Assembly (NCBI GenBank): GCA_963833495.1 | Contig: CAWHYJ010000012.1 | Location: 68,233 to 132,232 of the forward strand | Direction: 5' to 3' | DNA from: an uncultured Actinomycetota bacterium | Lineage (GTDB): Bacteria; Actinomycetota; Actinomycetes; Actinomycetales; Dermatophilaceae | DNA length: 64,000 nucleotides | In this document: piece by piece, positions 31,022 to 40,500 of the stretch | Numbering within the stretch: the stretch's first letter is position 1 | Layout: each line of letters begins with the position of its first letter | Program-made: the position numbers and the translations under genes | The notes under the pieces: model-generated | What the model saw: the letters and a program-made list of their open reading frames with translations, nothing else | Told to the model about the DNA's origin: nothing | Database searches by the model: none

Positions 31022-33788
31022 TCACCCGATGATGTGATCGGCTGGGTGAGATGCCGTGGTGGTGGACGGCTCGAGCAGGCCGCGCTCGCGGGCGCGGGCC
31101 ACCGCCTCGCGGCGGCTGGTGACGCCGAGCTTGGTGAAGACGTGCTTGGTGTGGGTGCGCAGCGTGTTGGGGGAGATGAACAGGGCCCGGGCGATGTCGG
31201 GCCCGCTCAGCTCGCCGTCGAGCAGCCGCAGCACCTGCAGCTCGCGTTCGCTGAGCGGCTCGGCCAGCGGCCGGATGCCGGGCCGTGCGCCACTGCCGCG
31301 GGTCGCCCTCGTGCCGGGCCGCGGCGGCGAGCAGGTGCCGCGCGTGCTGGCCGACGACCCGGTCGCGCTGCGCCGCGCGCAGCAGCTCGGTGGCCGCAGC
31401 GCCCTCGTCGAGGAAGAGCCGGGTGCAGGCCTCTGGCTCGGCGGTCGCCGTCAGCGCATCGGCCAGTTCGGCCAGCGCCGGTGGCCGCCGCCCGGCGGCA
31501 TCGAGGGTGAGCGCCCGCAGGAGGTGGATCTCGACCAGGCTGCCGGCCCGGCCCGTCGCGCGGGCAGCCTCGTGCAGCCGGTCGAGCAGGCGCAGGGCAC
31601 CGTCGAGGCGGACGACGTCCGGGGCGCCGGCCGCGGCACGATGCTCGGCCAGCACCAGGCGCACCAGGGTGAGGTGGTCGTACTCGTGCAGGAACAGCGC
31701 GGGGTCGTCCAGCCCGACGCCCCGGTCGCGCGCCCAGTCGGCTGCCGCGGTGAGCGCACCCCGGCGCACCTCCATCCGGGCCCGAATGGCCGGGATCGGG
31801 CGTACGTCGGGCAGGAACCCGGGGCGGTAGAGCTGCCCGGCCCGGTCGAGCTGCCCGACCGCCGCCGACAGGTCGCCCTCGGCGGCAGCCAGCAGAGCGG
31901 CGGCGACCCCCGAGCGGAACTGGGTCTCGGTCGGCCCGGCGGCGCTGGCGAGGTCGGCGGCGGTGGCCAGGTGCTGCCGCGCACTGGCGAGGTCGCCGGA
32001 CTCGATGTCGAGCTCGGCCAGCGCCACGTGCAGCTCGGCGGTGGCGCGTGCCACCGGCTCGCCGAGCTCCTCGGCCCGGTGCAGGGCCTGACGGCACAGC
32101 TCGCCGGCCCGGCCCGGCCGCCCGGCGGCCCGCCACAGGTCGGCGAGCACCACCGTGCCGCTCAGCTCGTCGACGCGGTTCCCCGCGGCGCGCAGGCTCG
32201 CGACCGCCTGCCCGAACGTCTCCAGGGCCTCCTGCACGTCGCCGCGGGCCCACGCGGTGAGCCCGAGGAAACCCGCCGCACTGCCCCGCGCGAGGTGGTC
32301 CTGAGGGCCGGCGAGGTCCAGCGCGTGCCGGGCGTGCCGGGCAGTGCCCTCGACGTCGCCGGCCGCCTGGGCGAGGGAGGCCCGGTAGACCTCGATCGTC
32401 GACGGCAGCGTCCGCAGCTCGTCGGTCTCCGGCCAAGGGTGGATGCCGTGGGCCGCCGCCGCGGCGAGGGCGGCTTCGGCGTCGTCGAGCCTCGGGCCGA
32501 CCGCCTCGAGGTCACCGGCGACCACCGACAGCGCCGCCGAGAACACGCTGAGCACCGGGCTGCTGCGCACCGTGTCGTCGGGCAGGGCGGCGAGCCAGCC
32601 CGCCACGACCGCCTCGCGGCGCTGCCGGCGGATCTCCGGAACGGCCAATTCCACCAGGGTCGCGGCGCGTTCGTGGTCGTGGGCCGCGAGCGCGTGCTGC
32701 ACCGCCTGGTCGGGGAGGTCGTGCTGCTCGAACCAGCGGCTGGCCCGCCCGTGCAGCAGTGGCACCAGCCCGGGATCCTCGCTGCCGAGCCGCGCCCGCA
32801 GCACGTCGGCGAACAGCTGGTGGTAGCGGTACCACTCCCGGCGGTCGTCCAGCGCCATGAGGAAGAGGTTGGCGCGTTCGAGGGTCGGCAGCATCGCGCC
32901 GGCGTCGTCGCGGCCCACCACCGCGTCGCACAGCGACCCGGTGAGCCGGTCGAGCACCGCGGTGCGCAGCAGGAAGTCGCGCACCGGCGGTGGCTGGTGG
33001 GCGAGCACCTCCTCGACGAGGTAGTCGAACACGTAGCGGTCGTCACCCGCGAACCCCTCGATGAAGCCGGCGACGTCGGCGCGCCCCTGCAGCGAGATGG
33101 CCGCGAGCTGCAGGGCCGCGATCCAGCCCTCGGTGCGCTCCGCGAGGGCGCGGGCCTGCTCGGCTCCGAGCCGGATGCCGGTGGCCGTCAGGTAGGCGGC
33201 CGCCTCCTCGGTGCTGAACCGCAGGTCGGCCGCCCGGACCTCGACCAGCTCGCCGCCCACCCGCCACCGCGCCAGCGGTAGGTCGGGGTCGGCCCGGGTG
33301 CTGATGACGAGGTGCACCTGCGGCGGCAGGTGGTCGACCAGGAAGCTGAGCCCCGTGGCGACGGCAGCCTGTTCGACGAGGTGGTAGTCGTCGAGCACCA
33401 GCCACACCTCGCCGGGCACCTGCGCGAGCTCGTTGAGCAGGGTCGTGAGGGCCGAGTCGGTCGCGGGTGGTGCGGCCCGCAGCAGCTGCAGGGGCCGCTC
33501 GCCCACCTCCGGCACGGCGCCGTGCAGGGCGGTCACGACCCCGGTCCAGAACGAGACCGGGTCGTCGTCGGAGGCGTCGAGCGACAGCCAGGCCACCTGC
33601 CGGTCGTCATCGTCCTCGGCACCGGCGAGCCACGTGGCCAGCAGGGTCGTCTTGCCGAACCCCGCCGGTGCCGACAGCAGCGTCAGCCGGGCCTCGTCGC
33701 CCAGCCGGTCCAGCAGGCGGGGCCGCACCACGACGCCGCGGCGCGGGCGGGGGGCGTAGAGCTTGGTCGCCACCAGCGGTCGCGTCAC
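31022..33788 (-). CDS. MalT-like LuxR regulator, frameshifted before the C-terminal HTH
   Basis: APAGFGKTT, LDDYH, TEGW; HTH (EPLSERELQVLRLL...NTLRTHTKHVFTKLGV) lies in a different frame, shift near 31260-31330. Confidence 0.8.
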
Positions 33789-33855
33789 GTGTCCTACTCC
33801 CTGTCACCGCGCTCGGATGGAGCCGTGGCCCACCGTACGCCGGGGCGTCACGCCG

Positions 33856-33925
33856 ACGACACGCACGGATGCCGGCCGCCTCCGCCACGCCCGGCGAGGC
33901 GGCATCCGGGCTGTTGCGTGTCGTC
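33856..33925. repeat. intergenic hairpin built on an inverted GGATGCCG pair
   Basis: GACGACACGCA/TGCGTGTCGTC outer arms, CGGATGCCG/CGGCATCCG inner arms. Confidence 0.55.
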
Positions 33926-34040
33926 CGTCCGTCGCGGCATCCGGTCAGGAACCGAGAAGCGGACTGGTCGGTCCTGGCCCTAGCCTGCTGGAGCAGGAGG
34001 CCGCGACGAGCCGGCCCGACCGCGTCGAGAGGACAGCACG

Positions 34041-34481
34041 ATGACCGCCACCGAGAGTGACACCGGGTTCAGCGCCGCCGAGCGCGCTGCGATGAAGGAG
34101 CGTGCGGCCGAGCTGCGCGCCGAGGGCAAGAAGGGGGCCAAGGCGGCTGACGGTCTCGAGCTGTGCCTGGAGGCGATCGCCAAGATGGCGCCCGACGACC
34201 GGGCGCTCGCCGAGCGGGTGCACGTAGCGATCACCTCGACCGCCCCCGAGCTGCAGCCGAAGACCTGGTACGGCATGCCTGCCTACGCCAACGCGGCCGG
34301 CAAGGTCGTCATGTTCTTCCAGGACTCCGGCAAGTTCAAGTACCGGTTCTCGACCCTGGGCTTCCAGGACGCCGCGAACCTCGACGACGGCGACTTCTGG
34401 CCGACGTCGTACGCGATGCTGGCGTGGAGCCCGAAGGTCGAGAAGCAGGTCGTGGCACTGGTCAAGGCCGCGGTCAGCTGA
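34041..34481 (+). CDS. DUF1801 (YdhG-like) protein
   Basis: ERAAMKERAAEL, WYGMPAYA, FFQ..KFKYR. Confidence 0.85.
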   Translation: MTATESDTGFSAAERAAMKERAAELRAEGKKGAKAADGLELCLEAIAKMAPDDRALAERVHVAITSTAPELQPKTWYGMPAYANAAGKVVMFFQDSGKFKYRFSTLGFQDAANLDDGDFWPTSYAMLAWSPKVEKQVVALVKAAVS

Positions 34482-34500
34482 GCGGTCGCGTCGAACCCCG

Positions 34501-34884
34501 TCAGGCGACGCAGAACTCGTTGCCCTCGGGGTCGAGCATGACCACGTGCCCCAGCCCGCCGTCATAGTGCTCCTCGCGCACCTGGGTTGCGCCGGCGGCC
34601 ACGAGCTCGGCCACCCGCTCGCGGACCAGGCGCACCCGCTCGTCGGGGTCCCACGGCGGCTCGCCTGCCACGCGCAGGTCGATGTGCACGCGGTTCTTGG
34701 CGGTCTTGCCCTCCGGCACGCTGAGGAAGCCGATCGCGGGCCCACGTCCTTGTGGGTCGATGATCGAGGCGTTGTCAGGGCCCTCGAAGCCCGGTTCGGG
34801 CACGTAGCGCAGCGCCTGCGCCCAGAAGGCCGCGAGCCGCTGCGGGTCGGCGGCGTCGCAGCCCAGCGTCCAGTGCGTCGCCAT
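34501..34884 (-). CDS. VOC/glyoxalase-like protein
   Basis: DAADPQRLAAFW, VPEGKTAKNRVHID, DPEGNEFC. Confidence 0.88.
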   Translation of the reverse strand: MATHWTLGCDAADPQRLAAFWAQALRYVPEPGFEGPDNASIIDPQGRGPAIGFLSVPEGKTAKNRVHIDLRVAGEPPWDPDERVRLVRERVAELVAAGATQVREEHYDGGLGHVVMLDPEGNEFCVA

Positions 34885-34889
34885 GGGCG

Positions 34890-35414
34890 TCAGGCGACGT
34901 CCATCGGCTGGCCACCGGTGATCCGGATCAGCTCGTCGTAGGTCGTCGCGAACACCGAGTGGCTGTGCCCGGCGGCGGCCCAGACCGTGGCGTAGCGGCC
35001 CAGCGTGACGTCGATGATGGTGCGCAGGTGCTCGGGGTGGCCGACCGGGGCGACCCCTCCGATCGCGAACCCGGTGTGGGTGCGCACGAACACCGGGTCT
35101 GCCTGCTCGATGCTCGCGAAGCCGGCCAGGGCGGCGACCTTGTCGGTGTCGACCCGGTGGCCGCCGGAGGCGAGCACGAGCAGCGGTTGCACGTCGCCGT
35201 CGTGGGTCGTCGAGACGAAGACGAGGCTGTTGGCGATCTCGGCGGGGGTGACGCCCAGCGCCTCGGCGGCGGCCTTCGCCGTGCGCACGGCGAGTGGCAG
35301 GTGGCGCACCTCGGGGGTCATGTGGTGCAGCGCGAGGGTGTCCATGACCGACCGGACACCGGCGTGGCCGGACAGGTCGCGCGACGGTGCCGCGTCGCCC
35401 GGCTCTGGGGTCAT
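34890..35414 (-). CDS. YbaK/EbsC aminoacyl-tRNA deacylase family protein
   Basis: IANSLVF, TGFAIGGVAP.GH, VWAAAG. Confidence 0.88.
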   Translation of the reverse strand: MTPEPGDAAPSRDLSGHAGVRSVMDTLALHHMTPEVRHLPLAVRTAKAAAEALGVTPAEIANSLVFVSTTHDGDVQPLLVLASGGHRVDTDKVAALAGFASIEQADPVFVRTHTGFAIGGVAPVGHPEHLRTIIDVTLGRYATVWAAAGHSHSVFATTYDELIRITGGQPMDVA

Positions 35415-35450
35415 GCGTCCAGCCTAGTGACGCGGCCGGAGCCGCGACCG

Positions 35451-35749
35451 TCAGCCGACACGCCGGATGCCGTAGTAGCGCAGCTTGCGGTAGAGCGTCG
35501 CGCGGCTCATCCCCAGTGCCCGCCGCCGGCTCCAGTCGCGCGCGCTGCACCCGGAAGACGCCGCCGGTCGCGAGTGGGCGGGGTGTGCGGCCGGTGGACC
35601 GTGCCAGCATGAGGGCGGCGATGGTGGTGCTCGCGGCCGACTCCGCGAGCGCGAGCAGCAGGCCGGCCGAGGAGCGCGACCACGTGGTGATGTTGACGCA
35701 GCCCTCGACGGCCCCGGTCATCGGGTCGAGCACCGGCACGGCGGCGCAG
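35451..35749 (-). pseudogene. remnant of a GAF-domain/Fis-HTH activator
   Basis: GAF tail CAAVPVLDP...CVNIT joined out of frame to Fis HTH ALGMSRATLYRKLRYYGI; N-terminus and middle missing. Confidence 0.7.
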
Positions 35750-35809
35750 CGCGGGCGTGCCATCCTCGTGCCCTGACGCCCGGCATCCTCTATCGAAGGA
35801 GAGCAGCAG

Positions 35810-36142
35810 ATGATCCTCATCACCGTGAAGTTCCCGATCCGCGAGGACCGGCTCGACGCGTGGGACGAGCTGTCGGCGTCGTACGCCAGGGCCGTCAGCG
35901 CCGAGCCGGGGTGCGTGTTCTTCGAGTTCTCGCGCAGCCTCACCGAGCCGAACACCTTCGTGTGCATCGAGGGCTTCCGCGACGCCGCGGCCGGGGGCAC
36001 ACACATGGCCCAGGAGCACGTGGCGCGGTTCATGCAGGAGATGCCCGACATCGTCTCGGCCCGCCCGCAGATCATCTACGTCGACGCCGAGGAGGTCACC
36101 GGCTTCGGGCCGATGGGCGAGATCACCCCCCGCCAGTCCTGA
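35810..36142 (+). CDS. antibiotic-biosynthesis-monooxygenase (ABM) family protein
   Basis: AEPGCVFFEFSRS..PNTFV.IEGF.D, RBS AAGGAG. Confidence 0.88.
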   Translation: MILITVKFPIREDRLDAWDELSASYARAVSAEPGCVFFEFSRSLTEPNTFVCIEGFRDAAAGGTHMAQEHVARFMQEMPDIVSARPQIIYVDAEEVTGFGPMGEITPRQS

Positions 36143-36143
36143 C

Positions 36144-36306
36144 CCGTACCGAGATCGACCAATAGGTCACTCGGGCGACGGGTGTCCGTACCGGAATCGA
36201 CCAATAGGTCACTCGGGCGACGGGTGTCCGTACCGGAATCGACCAATAGGTCACTCGGGCGACGGGTGTCCGTACCGGAATCGACCAATAGGTCACTTCG
36301 GGTACG
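36144..36306. repeat. 42-bp tandem repeat, about 3.7 copies
   Basis: CCGTACCGGAATCGACCAATAGGTCACTCGGGCGACGGGTGT starting 36144, 36186, 36228, 36270 (last partial). Confidence 0.95.
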
Positions 36307-36515
36307 CCGTGCTTGGGTCGCGCTTCGCCTGACCGCTGCGCGGTGGGATGCCGTGTGCGGCCGTTGACCATCCGCACTCCCTCGCTGGCGCTCGGTCGCG
36401 CTCCCGCCAGACCCGTCCATCGGCTCGCCCACGGCATCCCGCCGCTCCGCTCCTCCCGCTGTTCTCGAGCTGTTCCGGCGTGTCGTACAGGACGCGCGCA
36501 ACGGGCTTGACGTGG

Positions 36516-36537
36516 TGTCGGCACCCGGGGTTACAGT
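36516..36537 (+). promoter_or_regulatory. PafBC-type (RecA-NDp) promoter of the dnaE2 operon
   Basis: TGTCGG-cacccggggt-TACAGT. Confidence 0.8.
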
Positions 36538-36544
36538 GTCGGAG

Positions 36545-36560
36545 TCGAACAGGTGTTCGA
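36545..36560. promoter_or_regulatory. LexA SOS box
   Basis: TCGAAC-AGGT-GTTCGA, exact actinobacterial consensus, at the predicted transcription start. Confidence 0.92.
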
Positions 36561-36639
36561 CATTCCACATAGGTCCGTCGCTCGACGGCTTCCTCCGGGG
36601 GCCGGTCGGCGATCCCGTGCTGCCCACCGGAGGTGCCCC

Positions 36640-36951
36640 ATGGCTCGTCGTCACCACGACTCCGTCGTCGTCCGTCCCGCCGTCGGGGCCGGCACTGCCG
36701 TCGACGGGCCGCGCGACTTCGTCTGGCGCGGCCGGCGCTACACCGTGTGCGCCGTGCTCGACTCGTGGCAGGAGCGCCGGGCCTGGTGGCGCGAGGTCGG
36801 CGACCAGCCGAGCGGGCCCGGGCTGCCCGGCCTGCCGAGCCCGCAGCGCCGGGTCTGGCGGGTCGAGGCCCGCCCACCGTCCGGGGCCGCCGGGGTGTTC
36901 GACCTCGGCCGCGACGACGACCACTGGCTGCTGCTGCGAGCCCACGACTGA
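36640..36951 (+). CDS. DUF6504-like protein resembling the ImuB C-terminal domain
   Basis: P..FVWRGRRYTV..V...W.E...WW...WRVEA...GVFDL...W.L....D; RBS GGAGG. Confidence 0.78.
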   Translation: MARRHHDSVVVRPAVGAGTAVDGPRDFVWRGRRYTVCAVLDSWQERRAWWREVGDQPSGPGLPGLPSPQRRVWRVEARPPSGAAGVFDLGRDDDHWLLLRAHD

Positions 36952-36986
36952 CCCACCATCCGCGAAGCAGTCCCGCCACCGCCCTG

Positions 36987-37089
36987 CGACACCCACCACT
37001 GCCCGACACCAACCACTGCCCGACACCAACCACTGCCCGACACCAACCACCGCATCATCACCGACCACCGCATCGTCACCAACCGCCGC
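36987..37089. repeat. C/A-rich 17-bp tandem repeat x4 grading into 18-bp variants
   Basis: CGACACCAACCACTGCC units at 36987, 37004, 37021, 37038, then CACCRACCACCGCATCRT. Confidence 0.85.
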
Positions 37090-37111
37090 CCCAGGACCGA
37101 GGAGTTCCCCG

Positions 37112-37543
37112 ATGAGCCACGCCGCCACCACCTTGGACCTCCTCGACCGGGCCCGTGAGTCGCTCACCAGCGGGTATGCCGCCTCGGCCGCCTCCGCGCG
37201 CTACCTCGCCGCCTCGCTGGCCGCGCTGCGGGCCGGGGCCGCGGTCGTCGCCGCCCGCTCGGCGACGACCCCCGGGGCGGGGCTCGCCTCCCGAGGTGAC
37301 GGCCCGCACGACGTCTGGGCGCTCACCGCCCGGGTCGCCCCCGAGCTCACCGAGTGGGCGCAGCGGTTCGCCGCCGCCACCGGGCAGCGGGTCGGGGTCG
37401 AGACCGGGCTGGTGCGGGTCACCGCCCGCGAGGCCGACGACCTGCTGCGCGACGCCGAGACCTTCGTCGACCTCGCCGCCGACCGGCTCGGCGTGCCGTC
37501 GGTGCACCGGCCGCGGCGGCTGGTCCCCGTCCGCTCGGCCTGA
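37112..37543 (+). CDS. SAV_6107-family HEPN-domain protein
   Basis: RY..A.LAALRAGAAV, W.L..RVAPEL.EWA..FA, READDLLRDAETF; RBS GAGGAG. Confidence 0.8.
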   Translation: MSHAATTLDLLDRARESLTSGYAASAASARYLAASLAALRAGAAVVAARSATTPGAGLASRGDGPHDVWALTARVAPELTEWAQRFAAATGQRVGVETGLVRVTAREADDLLRDAETFVDLAADRLGVPSVHRPRRLVPVRSA

Positions 37544-37550
37544 GGGCGCC

Positions 37551-40500
37551 ATGGCCGGGTTCGCCCACCTCCACGTCGCCTCGGGGTTCTCGATGCGCTA
37601 CGGCGCCTCGATGCCCGAGCACCTCGTCGAGCGGGCCGCCGAGCACGACCAGGGCGCGCTCGCGCTCACCGACCGCGACGGGCTCTACGGCGCGGTCCGG
37701 TTCGCCACGGCGTGCGGTCGGGCCGGCATCGCGCCGGTGCTCGGCGTCGACCTCGCCGTCGAGCCGCTCGTACCGGGCCCGGCGCACGCCGATCGCGGGA
37801 GGGACCGCCTGGGTGCCGGTCGCGCGTCAGGTGCCGATGGCGGGTCGGGCCGGGCGGGTACGGGTGGTGGACCGGGCCGGGCTGGTGCCGCAGGCGGGCC
37901 GGCATCCGAGCCGGATGCCGGGCGCCCGAGCCCGCGGCCGCGCACCCCGGTGCGCGGAGGCGCCATCGTCGATCCCCGGCGGCCGCGGGTCACCGTGCTC
38001 GCCCGGGGCCGCGGTGGCGGCACCGCTCCCGGGGTCGGCTGGGCGGCGCTGTGCCGCCTGGTCACCGAGACCCACCTGCGCGGCGAGCGGGGCGTGCCGG
38101 TCACCAGTCCCGACCTGCTCGCCACCTGGTCCCACCCGAGCGACCCCGACTTCGTGCGACTCAGGCACGGTTCTCGCACCCCGAAGGCCGGCGAAACCGC
38201 ACCCAAGTCGCACGAGGTCGAGGAGGAAGCCGGCCCGTCGGTGCACCAGACGCCGTCGACCCACGTGCTGGAGCAGGGCCGGGGTGGGGGTGCCGAGCCG
38301 AGCCGGCTGCTGGTGCTGCTCGGCCCCGACTCCGACGTAGGCCGGGCGGTGCTCGCCGGGCGCCGCGAGCGGGCCCGCGACCTGCTCGCCACCTGGCGGG
38401 CGCTGCTGCCGCGCGACGGGCTCGCCGTCGAGGTCGTGCACCACGGTGGGCCGGAGGGCACCCCCGGGTGCCGCTCGCACGCGGCCCACCTGCTCGCCCT
38501 GGCCGACGCCGCCGGCATCCCCGCCGTGCTCACCGCCGCCGTGCGCCACGTCGGCCCCGAGCAGGTGCGCACCGTCGACCTGCTCGACGCCGCGCGCCGG
38601 CTCGTCGTGCTCGACTCGCGCCACCTCGACCGGGTCACCGACGCCGGCCACCTCGCCGACACCGCCACGATGCACGCGAGCGCCCTCGAGGTCACCGGTG
38701 GCGACCGCTCCCGCGCCGACCGGCTGGTCGCGATGACCGCCCTGGTCGCCGACGAGTGCACCCAGCACTCCCGCCACGACCTCGGCATCGGCGCGGTGCA
38801 CCTGCCCGAGGCCGAGGTGCTCGGCATCGCCCCCGGCACCGAGATGCACGAGCTCACCGCGCGCTGCCGCGACGCGGTCGGCCGGCGCTACCCCGGGGCG
38901 AGCGAGGCCGAGTACGAGGTGGTGCGAACCCGGCTCGACGACGAGCTCGGTGTCATCGACACCCTGGGCTACCCCACCTACTTCCTCACCGTCGCCGAGG
39001 TCACCGACCTGATCCGGGCCCGTGGCGTGCGGGTCGCCGCGCGCGGCTCGGGGGCGGGCAGCCTGGTCAACCACCTGCTCGGCATCAGCGGCGTCGACCC
39101 GATCCGCCACCACCTGCTCATGGAGCGGTTCTGCTCACCACTGCGCGCCGAGCTGCCCGACATCGACGTCGACGTCGAGTCGGCCCGGCGCACCGAGATC
39201 TATGAGGCGGTGCTCGAGCGCTTCGGCGGCGAGCGGGTCACCTGCGTGTCGATGATGGACACCTACAAGGTGCGCCACGCCGTGCGCGACGTCGGCGCCG
39301 CCCTGGGCCTGCCGCCCACCGAGGTCGACGAGATCGCCAAGGCCTTCCCGCACATCCGCGCCAAGGACGCCCGGCACGCCATCGCCGACCTGCCCGAGCT
39401 GCGCAGCCGCGGCCTCGACAGCCCCCGGATGGCGGCCTTCTTCGACCTCGTCGAGGCCCTCGACGGCCTGCCCCGGCACATCGCCCTGCACCCGTGCGGC
39501 GTCGTGCTGTCCAACTCGGGCCTGCTCGACCGCACCCCGGTCGAGGCGAGCTGGATCGGCTTCCCGATGAGCCAGTTCGACAAGGACGACGTCGAGACCC
39601 TCGGCTTCCTCAAGCTCGACGTCCTCGGCATCCGGATGCAGTCGTCGATGGCGCACGCCGTCGCCGAGGTGGCGCGGGTCTCGGGCGAGCACATCGACCT
39701 CGACGACGAGGCCCAGGTGCCGCACGACGACCCCGCCACCTACGAGCTGATCCGCACCACGCGCACCCTGGGCATGTTCCAGATCGAGAGCCCCGGGCAG
39801 CGCGAGCTCGTCGGCAAGCTGGGGCCGAGCCGGTTCGACGACCTCATCGTCGACATCTCGCTGTTCCGGCCCGGCCCGGTCAAGTCCGACATGATCACGC
39901 CGTTCCTCAACAGCCGGCACGGCTGGGCGGAGCGCCGCTTCCTGCACCCCAGCCTGATCCCGGCGCTCGAGGAGACCGAGGGCGTCGTCGTCTTCCACGA
40001 GCAGGTGCTGCTCATCGTCGCCGAGACCACCGGGGTCACCCTCGCCCAGGCCGACGAGGTGCGCCGCAGCATGGGCACCCCGCAGGGCCAGACCGACGTC
40101 GAGGCGTGGTGGCGGCCCGCCGCGAAGGCGCGCGGCTACTCCGCCGACGACCGCGACAAGATCTGGGAGGTGCTGAAGTCCTTCGCGAGCTTCGGCTTCT
40201 GCAAGGCGCACGCCGCGGCCTTCGCGCTGCCCACCTTCCACTCGGCGTGGCTGAAGACCCACCACCCGGCGGCGTTCCTGTCCGGCATCCTCACCCACGA
40301 CCCCGGCATGTACCCCAAGCGGCTGCTGCTCGACGACGCCCGCTCCTTCGGTATCCCGGTGCTCGGTCTCGACGTCAACGCCTCGCGCGAGGTCTACCGC
40401 ATCGAGCGGGTCGACACCCCGGATGCCGGGAGCCTGGACCCGGATGCCGGTTCGCCCGAGGCCCACCCGCGCGACCCCGACCCCGTCGACCCCCACGCGC

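Noticed and set aside
27737-36142. Prophage or integrative element
   Set aside because: No integrase, transposase, att repeats or phage genes; only small accessory genes.
36144-36306. CRISPR array
   Set aside because: Units are near-identical end to end with no unique spacers, and no cas genes are in the window.
36123-36524. Minus-strand ORF with VTYWSIPVRTPVAR repeats
   Set aside because: A by-product of the 42-bp repeat; atypical codons and overlap with the SOS promoter.
37003-37045. Antisense PafBC promoters in the 17-bp repeats
   Set aside because: TGTCGG is not followed by TAnnnT at 10-nt spacing.
37112-37543. HEPN toxin or anti-phage system
   Set aside because: No catalytic motif, antitoxin or defence-island context.
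37770-38300. Intein in dnaE2
   Set aside because: Inserts are short and low-complexity with no splice-junction or LAGLIDADG motifs.
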